In this document: one piece after another, positions 38,521-48,414 of the stretch
Layout: every line of letters starts with the position of its first letter
How positions within the stretch are numbered: position 1 is the first letter of the stretch
Assembly: GCA_963669175.1 (NCBI GenBank)
Contig: OY769902.1
Coordinates: forward strand, 1,600,001-1,664,000
DNA from: a bacterium
GTDB lineage: Bacteria > Electryoneota > Electryoneia > Electryoneales > Electryoneaceae
DNA length: 64,000 nucleotides
Reading direction: 5' to 3'
Program-made: the position numbers and the translations under genes
The notes under the pieces: model-generated
Databases searched by the model: none
Told to the model about the DNA's origin: nothing
The model's input: the letters and a program-made list of their open reading frames with translations, nothing else

Positions 38521-39813
38521 TCACCTCGCATCCAGATATTCACTATACCATAAGCCTCCCAAAGGGAGTCCTTCTTCTACCATATTTTTTACAATAGTAT
38601 CGTCACTCGCCCTACGGATCGTAGAGAAACCATCGTTACCTTTATCCAGAATCCATACTTCTTCAGTAGTTAATGCATCAACAAAATAGGGTTGATGTGT
38701 TGTGACAAATATCTGTGAACCTCTTTTTGATCCTGTAGCATGTGCCCTCAGTTCATAAGCTAAACTTTCCAACAATTTATGATATAAGCCGTTTTCTGGT
38801 TCTTCAATACATATGAAAGGCGGTGGAGATGGATCTTCCAGCAAAAGAAGATATGCAAAAACCTTCAAGGTTCCATCTGACATTTGTTGTGCATAAAAAG
38901 GATCATCAAAACCTTTATCATTAAACCTTAGCAATAATCTACCATCTGCTGTTTTATCTGTGTCAATATCTTCGATTCCAGGAATTTTACCTGCTATGCG
39001 TTTCAGTATATTTCTAAATTTCTCTGGCTTTTCACGCTCCATAAATTGAACTACATTACCGAGGTTGTCTCCATGAACGCTTAGATGCCTTTGCGGACCA
39101 GCTAATGGTAAACTACGTGCAGCATCGGGCATAAAATAGCTCAGATACCAGCCTTCGATGAACCTCCTGAATGCAGAGATTCGTGGATGTTGCTTAAGTG
39201 ATCCCAGAGTTGCTATACCAAGCTTTCGTGGATCATCTAACTCTACAATTTCAGTCTCTCTGCTTTCTTCCTTCTCGGTATCCTCAACAGATCTGATGAG
39301 TTCCAGAATGTCAAATTGTTGACTAGTCTCATTTATTTGACGACCTTCCAATTCACCTTTCCACGCAACTCCTTTGCCATCATTCAAGATCAGGAAGGAG
39401 AAGGGCCACCCGTATTTTTGCCTTTTTCGACGTTGTCTTAAACGTTCTCGTTGAACAAAAGGGCGTCCCTTACCGTCCTTGTTTATTGCTAGTTCATAAG
39501 TAATGGGCCGTGCATTTCCTTCCTCCTTATAGTACACTTCAAATTCTATTGCGTCATGCTGGCCTTGAGACCTGATCCTCTCAAAACCACCACGTCCTCG
39601 AGAATCACAGGCTTCTTCTACACCAGATTTAAGACAATCAGCAAGAAATCCAAAAGCATCAAAAAGAGAACTTTTGCCGACACCATTTTTACCAATAACA
39701 GCCGTTAATGGAGTTAGCGGTCTTGCAGCCTGTAAATTCCACAATTTGCCTAGCGTAATGTCGCGTAGCACGCCATAGTTTTTTATTCGGATTCCTTCTA
39801 TTCGTGCCATCAC
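38521..39813 (-). CDS. ABC-type ATPase (AAA_21/AAA_15 family)
   Basis: IGKNGVGKSSLFD, MSDGT, ICIEEPENGL and IFVTTHQP. Confidence 0.9.
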   Translation of the reverse strand: MMARIEGIRIKNYGVLRDITLGKLWNLQAARPLTPLTAVIGKNGVGKSSLFDAFGFLADCLKSGVEEACDSRGRGGFERIRSQGQHDAIEFEVYYKEEGNARPITYELAINKDGKGRPFVQRERLRQRRKRQKYGWPFSFLILNDGKGVAWKGELEGRQINETSQQFDILELIRSVEDTEKEESRETEIVELDDPRKLGIATLGSLKQHPRISAFRRFIEGWYLSYFMPDAARSLPLAGPQRHLSVHGDNLGNVVQFMEREKPEKFRNILKRIAGKIPGIEDIDTDKTADGRLLLRFNDKGFDDPFYAQQMSDGTLKVFAYLLLLEDPSPPPFICIEEPENGLYHKLLESLAYELRAHATGSKRGSQIFVTTHQPYFVDALTTEEVWILDKGNDGFSTIRRASDDTIVKNMVEEGLPLGGLWYSEYLDAR

Positions 39814-40113
39814 AACCTCCGTCTAACTACAATATTTTTCAAGTCCTAAAATGAATGAGAATCCCATCCATTTTTTCTTGTTATGACAGTGATGCCGAAA
39901 AAGATTCTACACAATTCCAAGTGATTATGCAATAACATTGTTTCCATAAAATATCTACGGATATAGGTTTCTCATTGCAAAGAATCAGGACGTAACAACC
40001 TCCCAATCCGTTGAACCCGTTGAAATTGAGTTGTACTTTGCGGAACAGTGCGGCCAAAGGTCGTGCATTTACAGGTTCATGACGTTTCATTTTTCCATAC
40101 GTGAGGTACTGCC

Positions 40114-41316
40114 ATGGCAGGCATGAAGATTAAGGCCGCGGAACGGACAGAGGGGATCAAATATGCTGTCCGTGATATCGTAGTCCTGGCCAAGCAGGCT
40201 GAAAAAGCCGGCAAAGAACTGTTGTATTTGAACATTGGTGATCCGAACCAGTTTGATTTTCGGACCCCGGACCATATCGTTCAGGCCACTCACAAGGCTA
40301 TGCAGGACAATTTCTGCGGCTATTCACCGTCTTCCGGTATTCAGGACGCGCGTGATGCGATCGGACGGTATGCCGAGAGCAAAGGCATCAAGAATATCCA
40401 TGATATTTTCGTAACCACCGGTGGAAGCGAAGCCATTGAAATCTGCCTGACCGCACTGGTCAACGAAGGCGATAATGTCCTCACCCCGGCGCCTGGATAC
40501 CCGTTGTATACGGCTGTCCTGAGCAAGCTGCGTGCAGTCGAGAATCCCTATTTCCTCGATGAAAGCAATGGCTGGCAGCCAGATGTGGAAGACATCCGTG
40601 GCAAGATTAACGACAAAACCCGAGCCATTGTCATCATCAACCCGAACAATCCGACCGGCTCCAACACCAGCGAAGAAACCCTGCGTGAATTGCTGAAACT
40701 GGCGAAGGAAAACGATATCGTTGTCTTCGCCGACGAGATCTACGACAAGCAGCTTTTCGACGGGGTGAAACATATCTCCATCGCCTCGCTGGACGCCGAT
40801 GCTCCGGTGATCACCTTTAATGGCCTGTCGAAAAACTACCTCGGCCCGGGCCTGCGTATCGGTTGGGGTGTCATCAGTGGCAATTTACAGCAGCTTGACG
40901 ATTACATCGAAGGCATCAACAAGATCCTGCGCGCTCGTCTCTGTGCCAATCATCCGCTGCAACATGCCATTCAGCCGGCGCTTGAAGGTGATCATTCCCA
41001 TATCCAGGAAATGATTGCGAAGTTGACCAAACGTCGTGATCTGACTGTGGAACGTATGAACGCTATTGACGGCATCAGTTGTGTCAAGCCGGGCGGTGCG
41101 TTTTACGTCTTCCCGCAATTGCACATCGATGGCACGGATGAGGACTGGGTAAAGGGCCTGATCAGTGAAACGGGTGTAGTCGTCGTTCCCGGTAGTGGCT
41201 TCGGACAGGTTCCCGGAACGAAACACTTCCGGATTGTGTACCTGCCGCCGGAAGATATCCTTGAACGCGCCTACACTGCGATTGAAGAATACATGGACAA
41301 GTACCGGAATCGCTAA
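40114..41316 (+). CDS. Class I PLP aminotransferase (AlaA-like)
   Basis: LNIGDP, PGYPLY, INPNNPTG, ADEIYD, NGLSKNY..PGLRIGW, GAFYVFP and PGSGFG. Confidence 0.92.
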   Translation: MAGMKIKAAERTEGIKYAVRDIVVLAKQAEKAGKELLYLNIGDPNQFDFRTPDHIVQATHKAMQDNFCGYSPSSGIQDARDAIGRYAESKGIKNIHDIFVTTGGSEAIEICLTALVNEGDNVLTPAPGYPLYTAVLSKLRAVENPYFLDESNGWQPDVEDIRGKINDKTRAIVIINPNNPTGSNTSEETLRELLKLAKENDIVVFADEIYDKQLFDGVKHISIASLDADAPVITFNGLSKNYLGPGLRIGWGVISGNLQQLDDYIEGINKILRARLCANHPLQHAIQPALEGDHSHIQEMIAKLTKRRDLTVERMNAIDGISCVKPGGAFYVFPQLHIDGTDEDWVKGLISETGVVVVPGSGFGQVPGTKHFRIVYLPPEDILERAYTAIEEYMDKYRNR

Positions 41317-41489
41317 ATTTCCTGGTTACGATACCATACTTTATATTTGGAATGACAGGGTGACAGCGAAAAATGGGACTGTCACCCTTTCATTTTCGCA
41401 AATATATGATAACAAATTCAGGACTGATGAAAAGGTGACTGTACCAGATTTTTCGCTTGCTCGTTGTTCAGGATTATCAGGAAAATCCG

Positions 41490-41871
41490 GGACAGTTTGC
41501 TCCGGTATCCCTTTGCGTGTCTATTCCCTGTTTAGCTGGCATACTGAGATTGAGTTTCTGAAACCGCCCCGGCAGGGGCAACCTGTATTAGCCCCGGGCA
41601 GCCGCCGTCAGTTTGGCGACTACCCAGGGAGATGAATCCCAACACTTATTACTCCGCTAGGAGTAACCTGAATATTATTATGGATATATAGTTTAATTTC
41701 TTAGGCAACCCGCTGCCGGGGTTGGCAAGGAGAGCTCATCCATCTCCCACCGTGAGCGCCAAACAGACGGCGCTGGACGGTGGGCTAATTCAGGGAACCA
41801 CTGCCGTGGTTCTTATCCTGCCCGTTTCATCAAGTATCACATGTAAAGGTGCCATCCGGGTAGTATTTGTA
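41490..41871. mobile_element. Hairpin-rich MITE-like element (inverted copy at ~57599-58019)
   Basis: Shared blocks CCGCCCCGGCAGGGGCAACCTGTATTAGCCCCGGG, TACTCC..TAGGAGTAACCT, CCCACCGTGAGCGCCAAACAGACGGCGCTGGACGGTGGG and GAACCACTGCCGTGGTTC; boundaries approximate. Confidence 0.75.
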
Positions 41872-41891
41872 CAATCCCTTTTTCGACCAGA

Positions 41892-41921
41892 AAAAAGGCT
41901 GCCCATTTGATGGACAGCCTT
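41892..41921 (-). terminator. Intrinsic terminator
   Basis: A-run followed by AGGCTG(C)CCAT-TTG-ATGG(A)CAGCCT. Confidence 0.65.
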
Positions 41922-41944
41922 GGAATAACTCGTATACGTATGCT

Positions 41945-43066
41945 TTACTTCCGCAGGTTCTCAGGGTTCAAGCCGACAAATGACGGGTGGACGAACAGGC
42001 CATCCTTACGGATGAGCTCGCCGTCGATCTCGATCTGGCCGCCGCCGTATTCCGGGGTCTGGATGCAGACCAGGTCCCAGTGGACCGCGCTACGGTTGCC
42101 ATTGTCGGTATCGTCGTAAGCGTTACCCGGGGTGAAGTGGAAGGAGCCGCCGATTTTTTCGTCGAACAGGATCTCGTCCATCGCGAAATTGATTTCCGGG
42201 TTGCATCCCAGGGCGAATTCGCCGACATAACGTGCGCCTTCATCCGTATCGAAGACTTCATTGACACGCTTGGTATCGCTGGCTATGGCTTCCACGATCT
42301 TCCCATTCTCAAAGCGCAGTTTGACGTCTTTGAACGTGAAGCCGTGATAGCTTGACGGCGTGTTATAGCTGATGGTGCCGTTAACCGAATCACGAACCGG
42401 GCAGGAATAGACTTCACCGTCCGGAATATTGCGCTGGCCATCGCACTTCACCGCGCCGATATCCTTGATCGAGAAAGCCAGGTCCGTTCCGGGGCCGGTG
42501 ATATGGACACGGTCCGCTTTACGCAGGAAATCCGCTGCCGGGTCCATCGCGTCGGACATCTTCTTGTAATCCACACCGGCAGTCACCTTGAAATAGTAAT
42601 CTTCAAAGGCTTCGGTTGACATGTTGGACATCTGCGCCATCTGCGGGGTCGGCCAGCGAAGAACAACCCACTTGGTGTTGGGCACACGGATGTTCATATG
42701 AACCGGCTGCATCCATTCGGTGCCATAAAGCTGGTTCTTGTCGCCGGGCACATCGCTCATTTCCTTGGCGTTGTAGTAGCCACGGCAACCGATGTACGCG
42801 TCCATGTTCTTCATGCGATGCATTTCGGCTTCCGCGATCGCATTCAGGCTCTCCCTGGAAGCGCCACGCAGCAGGGTGCGCATCAGACGTTGAAATTTCA
42901 GTTCCAGTACGGGATAACCTTTTGCTTCGTATACGGCTTTGATCAACTGGTCCACGAACTCAATAGGGGTATCGTAACACTCGATCAGAACCTTTTCGCC
43001 CGGCTTCACTTCACAGGAATAGTTGACCAGCAGTTTCGCCAGATCGGCATGACGTGGGTCGTTCAC
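41945..43066 (-). CDS. Aminopeptidase, M29 (AmpS/AmpT) family
   Basis: LAKLLVNYS, NIPDGEVY, GARYVGEFALG, LFDEKIGGSFH and NRSAVHWDL; GTG start at 43066 with an AGGAG RBS. Confidence 0.93.
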   Translation of the reverse strand: MNDPRHADLAKLLVNYSCEVKPGEKVLIECYDTPIEFVDQLIKAVYEAKGYPVLELKFQRLMRTLLRGASRESLNAIAEAEMHRMKNMDAYIGCRGYYNAKEMSDVPGDKNQLYGTEWMQPVHMNIRVPNTKWVVLRWPTPQMAQMSNMSTEAFEDYYFKVTAGVDYKKMSDAMDPAADFLRKADRVHITGPGTDLAFSIKDIGAVKCDGQRNIPDGEVYSCPVRDSVNGTISYNTPSSYHGFTFKDVKLRFENGKIVEAIASDTKRVNEVFDTDEGARYVGEFALGCNPEINFAMDEILFDEKIGGSFHFTPGNAYDDTDNGNRSAVHWDLVCIQTPEYGGGQIEIDGELIRKDGLFVHPSFVGLNPENLRK

Positions 43067-43097
43067 GGTTCTCCTCGCTTGTTGATGAAACAAATAG

Positions 43098-43122
43098 CAA
43101 AGACCCGCTGTTGCGGGTCTTT
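43098..43122 (-). terminator. Hairpin downstream of the STAS gene
   Basis: CAAAGACCCGC-TGTT-GCGGGTCTTTG. Confidence 0.6.
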
Positions 43123-43149
43123 GTATATACAAAAAAATGAAAGGTATCG

Positions 43150-43494
43150 CTACTTGTCTTCAAGGTGTTTTTGCGCATCCGCCAACGTCTTGGTGATGGT
43201 GAAGAGATGGTCCAGGCTGGCAACTTTCAGGATTTTCAGCACAGCCTCGGTCGGCTCGGCGAGCACAACCTCGCCCTCCTTGCCAATCGCCTCGCGGCGC
43301 AATTTCAGAAAGGTTCTCAAACCTGAGGATGAAACGAACTCCAGGTCTTTCAGATTGAGAATCAAGTGTTTTGCCTGCGAGGCCGCGTGAGTCATTGCCT
43401 TGTCCATCTCGTCAGCATTTGTCCCGTGAATCCGTCCCTCCAGAGTCACGGTAATGACATCACCCTGCTGTTCGAAGCTAACACGGTTCGGCAT
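43150..43494 (-). CDS. STAS-domain anti-sigma factor antagonist
   Basis: LEGRI, LILNLKDLEFVSSSGLR and VLKILKVASLDHLF. Confidence 0.9.
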   Translation of the reverse strand: MPNRVSFEQQGDVITVTLEGRIHGTNADEMDKAMTHAASQAKHLILNLKDLEFVSSSGLRTFLKLRREAIGKEGEVVLAEPTEAVLKILKVASLDHLFTITKTLADAQKHLEDK

Positions 43495-43576
43495 AGTACC
43501 TCCGGTGCCAGTTTAGTACGCCCAGAAAGCCGATCCCAGTTCAGAAATCGAGTACAATCAATATACCATGGAATCC

Positions 43577-45259
43577 CTACTCGTCCAACTTGGAATTCAC
43601 TTTCTCAAGAATCTCTCGTACGCGCTGATCGGCTTCGGCCGTCATCTTCTTTACGCCTTCGCGCATTCTGGCTTTGAATTCTTCATCTTTGATGCCCGGC
43701 AGGTTAATGCGCACGTTTAACGCGGCGCCATGAACCGCCGTATGGGCGCATAACGCTCCCACACCTGCGTCAGAAATGCTGTTCGGGTTGCCACGATCCG
43801 CCACAACATCCAGCAGATCGAATACTGCCAGGGACTTCTCTACCACAGTGTAGGGGATTAATGTCGCGTTCTTGTTTGCCTCGTCCATCGCTCTGGCACG
43901 CGCCTGCTTTTCTTCCTTTGTACCCTTGGGAAGACGCATGGCGTCCATAACGGCGTTGAAGGCGTTGGTGTCGGCATCAATCGCATACAGCAGCTCATCC
44001 TTCAGCTTCTGACCTGCGACGCCAACCTCTTCCATCTCTTCCCAGAGGTAGTAATACTCCGGCTTGCCATAGGTCAGGTTGCTGACCATGGCCGCCAGGG
44101 ACGCTGCCAAGCTTCCGGCCAACGCTGCCACACTACCGCCGCCAGGAGCGGGGGATTCGCTGGCCAGCTCATTGTCAAAACCGGTAATGGTCAGGTCAAC
44201 CAGCTTCGCGCTTTTGTCGTTGGCTGCGATGGTGTATTCAACGATTTTCTTTTCTGGTTCGAATGGCGCTACATCCCGCAGGTTCATGGATTCAATCGCC
44301 ACTCGGATCAGCTCATCGTTGTCCACCGCCGTGCTGCGGTTCTGCTTCTGGAGGAAGTAGCGGCCCGCTTCCAGCATCGGCTGCAACGGAATCAAGCCGA
44401 CAATCTCGCTGCCTGTGACACGAACACCCAATTCTGCGGCCAGATCGCATACCGTGTCAAACACGATATGCGGCGAGGTGACATCCATGTCGGTCAAATT
44501 CATGGTTACCTGGCACTGCTGAATCTGGTCCAGGTACCAGCCACCCGCCTTGCAGTAATCGAACAGGCCGGGAATCATCTTGCGGTTGCCGTTGGGCCAG
44601 TATACGTAGTTGCCATCCTCATCTTCCCAAAGGGTGCCCTTTTCACGGATAGCCTTGGCAAGACGACCAGCAATCTTCGCGTCTTTCGTGTTCAGGTTGA
44701 TATTGTAGGCGATGAGGAATTTACGTGCGCTGATATGAACCGCGCCAAATTTGGGACGGAATTCATGAGGACCGAAATCCGGTTTCCATTCCGGATCCTG
44801 CATTTTCTTAGGCAAGGCTTCATATTCACCCTTGCGAACCACGGCGAGGTTGCGCCATTCTTCTCTGGTAGCGGCGAACTCATAGAGGTATACCGGGACA
44901 TCGAGTTCTTTGCCGACTCGTTCGCCCAAGCGTTTTGCCAGTTCCACACACTCGTCCATGGTCATGTTGGCGACCGGAACGAAGGGGCAGACATCGGTCG
45001 CGCCGGCACGAGGATGCTCACCTTTGTGCTTGCGCATGTCGATCAACCGATGAGACGCTGCAATCAGTTGAAACGCGCCTTCAAGAACCGCTTCCGGATC
45101 ACCGGCCAGGGTAATAACCGTACGGTTGGTATCTGCGCCCGGATCTACGTCCAGTAATTCACATCCATCCACCTGTGCTGCCGCATTGGCACAGGCGTCT
45201 ATAATGGCACGATCTTGTCCTTCGGAAATGTTGGGTACGCACTCGACAATCTTCTTCAT
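43577..45259 (-). CDS. ftcD: Glutamate formimidoyltransferase / formiminotetrahydrofolate cyclodeaminase (bifunctional)
   Basis: VECVPNISEG, HKGEHPRAGATDVCPFVP, GSEIVGLIP, SPAPGGGSVAA, GNPNSISDAGV and NVRINL. Confidence 0.95.
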   Translation of the reverse strand: MKKIVECVPNISEGQDRAIIDACANAAAQVDGCELLDVDPGADTNRTVITLAGDPEAVLEGAFQLIAASHRLIDMRKHKGEHPRAGATDVCPFVPVANMTMDECVELAKRLGERVGKELDVPVYLYEFAATREEWRNLAVVRKGEYEALPKKMQDPEWKPDFGPHEFRPKFGAVHISARKFLIAYNINLNTKDAKIAGRLAKAIREKGTLWEDEDGNYVYWPNGNRKMIPGLFDYCKAGGWYLDQIQQCQVTMNLTDMDVTSPHIVFDTVCDLAAELGVRVTGSEIVGLIPLQPMLEAGRYFLQKQNRSTAVDNDELIRVAIESMNLRDVAPFEPEKKIVEYTIAANDKSAKLVDLTITGFDNELASESPAPGGGSVAALAGSLAASLAAMVSNLTYGKPEYYYLWEEMEEVGVAGQKLKDELLYAIDADTNAFNAVMDAMRLPKGTKEEKQARARAMDEANKNATLIPYTVVEKSLAVFDLLDVVADRGNPNSISDAGVGALCAHTAVHGAALNVRINLPGIKDEEFKARMREGVKKMTAEADQRVREILEKVNSKLDE

Positions 45260-45387
45260 CTCCCCCGGCCTTTCTCTATGGTTGTTCCATGGTATGAACC
45301 ATGCTGTTCAGCAATAATGTATGACAAAAACAATGTTCGAAACGTAGTCTGCAAAATAGGTCTGTGCCTGAAAACGGGCAAGTCACC

Positions 45388-45837
45388 CTACCTGACCTCC
45401 GGTTCGGGAGGTGGCGCTTCGGTTACGGATCGGTAAACAACGGTCGAACCATAGCGGCCTTCTGCGATAAGGTCAAAGGATTGACCATCCACTGCCACCT
45501 CAATCGTATATCGGGCATTCACATTCGAAATGGAAGTCGGACTGCCGCCTTGATCATCAACCATGCCCAGGCGGACAAAATCAAGATCCTGCCATCCGCG
45601 CCGTTGCGCTCCTCCCACTACGCTTGAAGAACGATACCAGCGCTGCGCGGCAGAGATTATACTACGGCAGTCCTGCACGATAGCGTCAATGTTCTCCCGA
45701 TGTCCTTCAGGTTGTAAAAACTGGACATATACTGTAGACACACCCAACACCAGGAATGCCCCCAGAACAATAAGCAGAATACGATCAGACAGTTTTTTGG
45801 GTAATTGTCGCTTCTCGCCTTTTTCCCTGGCGGTCAT
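45388..45837 (-). CDS. Hypothetical single-TM protein, pilin-like (tentative)
   Basis: Hydrophobic N-terminal helix, then DAIVQDC..I.SAAQRWY....VGG and a short beta-rich C-terminus. Confidence 0.6.
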   Translation of the reverse strand: MTAREKGEKRQLPKKLSDRILLIVLGAFLVLGVSTVYVQFLQPEGHRENIDAIVQDCRSIISAAQRWYRSSSVVGGAQRRGWQDLDFVRLGMVDDQGGSPTSISNVNARYTIEVAVDGQSFDLIAEGRYGSTVVYRSVTEAPPPEPEVR

Positions 45838-46130
45838 GATTTGCCTCCTGTAAGCGCTTCCTGTGCAATCTGTTTGACCCGTAATACCAATCCCCTGACC
45901 TCGTCAGGCGACAAGGTCTCAATTTCCTTTTCCAGTCTTCGCCCGAGTTCACTGATTTCCGGGAGGCCAAACATACCACCACTACCGGTCAGACGATGCC
46001 CCCATTCCTTTACCAGGGATAGTTCAGGCAGTTCCGGTAGATAAGTTTCGACAGAGTTCAAAATGTCCTGAAGGAACTCAATTTTCAGTTCCAGAATCTC
46101 GTCCACCTGATCCAGTTTGTCATGTTCCAT
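45834..46130 (-). CDS. Hpt (histidine phosphotransfer) domain protein
   Basis: WGHRLTGSGGMFGLPEISELGRRLE matches the HxLKGSxxxxG pattern; start at ATG 46130 with a GAGGG RBS. Confidence 0.8.
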   Translation of the reverse strand: MEHDKLDQVDEILELKIEFLQDILNSVETYLPELPELSLVKEWGHRLTGSGGMFGLPEISELGRRLEKEIETLSPDEVRGLVLRVKQIAQEALTGGKS

Positions 46131-46395
46131 CCACCCTCGCCCCATGTATTTTTGTTGGTGGGACAACAGCAATTCACACAATCTGTAAACTTACAACAAC
46201 AAACTTCCATCCCCAAGCCATATCCCTTCTATCAGGTTGTCCAACTCGTGGAGGAAGACTCCGGTTTACAAACACTCTCGGAGATCGTACTTTCCACTTC
46301 GCTATGTGAGCTCCAAATTAGGAACTCCAAACAGGGTAGCGAGTAGCACAATCGAGCGTGACAGAAGCGCCGTTCGAAGATCATGGAGGTCCAGC

Positions 46396-47430
46396 GTGGA
46401 CGAGAAGCAAGCGTTTGAACTGCTGAAGCAGGTTAAATACCCCGGATTCAGCCGGGATATCGTATCTTTCGGGATTGTAAAAGGGATTCACATTGACGGG
46501 GAAAATGCCACAGTAGACCTGGAGTTTTCCACTTCAAAAGAAGAGATCATTGGTGAAGTAACCGAAAAGGTAGCCAAGATTCTCAGCGACAACGGCATTG
46601 TTGAAGTTGACGTCAATGTCAGCAAGATGGATCCGAAAGCTGAAGAGAAGAAGAAAGAAAAGCCGGACCTGGTACCGGGCGTGAAGCATATCATTGCCGT
46701 GGCTTCGGGCAAGGGTGGTGTAGGCAAGTCCACGATCGCCGCGAACCTGGCCATCGGACTCAGCCGTATCGGCCTGAAGGTCGGGCTGATGGATGCCGAC
46801 ATTTACGGTCCATCCGTGCAGATGCTGCTCGGTCTTAATGATGAGCCGGAACCGGTTGAAGGCGAAAAGAAGATCTACCCGATGGAAGCGTATGGCATCA
46901 AGGCCATGAGCATGGGTGTGCTGATTGACACGGATACCGCGCTTGTCTGGCGTGGCCCGATGGTGTCCAGCGCTGTGGAGCAACTCCTGCGTGATGTCAA
47001 ATGGGGTGAGCTTGACGTGTTGGTTCTGGATATGCCTCCGGGAACCGGCGACATCCAGTTGACCGTAGCCCAGAAGCTGAACCTGTCCGGAGCGGTAATC
47101 GTGACCACCCCGCAGAACCTGGCGCTCCTGGATGCACGCAAAGGCACCTCCATGTTCCAGAAGGTGGAAGTCCCGGTATTGGGGCTCGTGGAGAACATGA
47201 GTTACTTCCTGTGCCCGCACTGCGGTGAACGGACTGACGTATTCTCTACCGGCGGCGCAAAGCAGGAAGCGCTACGCTTGCGTGTACCGTTACTGGGCGA
47301 AGTTCCGCTGGTACCGGAAATCCGTGAAAGCAGCGACTCCGGCAAACCACCGGCAGCCGGTGACGGCGAACTGGCCAACGTCTTCCAGCAAATCGCGGAA
47401 AGAGTCTGGGCGAGTGTGGAAACAAAATAG
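46396..47430 (+). CDS. mrp: Mrp/NBP35 (ApbC) Fe-S cluster carrier ATPase with N-terminal DUF59 domain
   Basis: VASGKGGVGKST, DADIYGPS, WRGPM, DMPPGTGD, VTTPQ and ENMSYFLCPHC; GTG 46396 with a GGAGG RBS. Confidence 0.95.
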   Translation: MDEKQAFELLKQVKYPGFSRDIVSFGIVKGIHIDGENATVDLEFSTSKEEIIGEVTEKVAKILSDNGIVEVDVNVSKMDPKAEEKKKEKPDLVPGVKHIIAVASGKGGVGKSTIAANLAIGLSRIGLKVGLMDADIYGPSVQMLLGLNDEPEPVEGEKKIYPMEAYGIKAMSMGVLIDTDTALVWRGPMVSSAVEQLLRDVKWGELDVLVLDMPPGTGDIQLTVAQKLNLSGAVIVTTPQNLALLDARKGTSMFQKVEVPVLGLVENMSYFLCPHCGERTDVFSTGGAKQEALRLRVPLLGEVPLVPEIRESSDSGKPPAAGDGELANVFQQIAERVWASVETK

Positions 47431-47745
47431 TCTGAAAGTTCAAAAGTTATAAAGTTGTAGCGAATCGTATTGTATGTAGCGTATTTGTCTTTTTCGGCAA
47501 GTATTTACAGGATGTACAGGATATGAAGGATGGTTAGAATGAAATTTACTGAAACTGCATGGTATACGTGATTTTGAAGATAAAACGGGTGAATTCTATT
47601 TATAAGGTATGATGCATGTTTGCGAAGATAGAACGGGTGATATTTTTGATATTGTATGGTATTGATGATTTCGAGGATAATATAGATGATATTTACTGAG
47701 ACTGAATGGTATTGAAGACAAAAAGGAAGAAACTGTACTGAAGTC

Positions 47746-47840
47746 TTAGCCTGCTTCAGCAGGCTCTTCTTAGCACCCGGCTTCAGCCGGGGTGGATAAT
47801 GGAGCAAAGTAGTTGAGCGCGCTTCAGCGTGCTTTCCGGC
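47746..47840. repeat. REP/REPIN half-element (CCCGGCTTCAGCCGGG family)
   Basis: AGCCTGC-TTCA-GCAGGCT, CCCGGC-TTCA-GCCGGG and AGCGCGC-TTCA-GCGTGCT; matches ~63169-63262. Confidence 0.8.
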
Positions 47841-47992
47841 TGTCGATGTGCATTGGCTTCGAGGATGAATCCCGACAGCAAGCAGTCGGGCCAGACAGCT
47901 TGAAACAGTAGTGCCTAAGACGCCGGGTTGGACAAAAGAGGTACAGCAGCAACAAACGATTGCATTACGATAGCAAGAAAGGCAGAACCGAG

Positions 47993-48301
47993 ATGGCAGC
48001 AGTTACCGAAGAACAGATCATGGATGCCCTGCATACCGTGATTGACCCGGAAATTCACATTGATATCGTTGAATTGGGCCTGATTTACAACGTCTCCATC
48101 AACGAAGCCAACGAAGCTCATGTCCTGATGACCGTGACCACGCCGGGATGTCCGCTGGTCAACAAGCTGGCGCAGGATGCGGAGACAGCGGTTATGAATC
48201 TGGAAGGTGTCAAGGACGTCCTGATCGAGGTCACCTTTGAGCCGCCGTGGAATGTGAACATGATGAGTGACTACGCCAAGGAAAAGCTGGGCGTTGGCTG
48301 A
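47993..48301 (+). CDS. Metal-sulfur cluster assembly factor (SufT/DUF59)
   Basis: VIDPEIHIDIVELGLIY, MTVTTPGCP and FEPPWNVNMMSD. Confidence 0.93.
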   Translation: MAAVTEEQIMDALHTVIDPEIHIDIVELGLIYNVSINEANEAHVLMTVTTPGCPLVNKLAQDAETAVMNLEGVKDVLIEVTFEPPWNVNMMSDYAKEKLGVG

Positions 48302-48414
48302 TCAGTCATGCGCAACCCATGTTACGGTCGCGCATCCAAAAGTGTAGCGTATCCTGTACCCGGACTTTTGTCCGGGTTTGTTGTAGCAACCATGTTGTCT
48401 ATTCAGAGGTAATC

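Noticed and set aside
39815-39830. Integron cassette boundary (GTTAGAC just upstream of the ATPase start)
   Set aside because: No convincing attC stem or RYYYAAC inverse core was found after the DUF4276 gene, and there is no integrase in the window.
46200-46390. Riboswitch or ncRNA upstream of mrp
   Set aside because: No recognisable conserved aptamer motif by eye; an Rfam scan would be needed.
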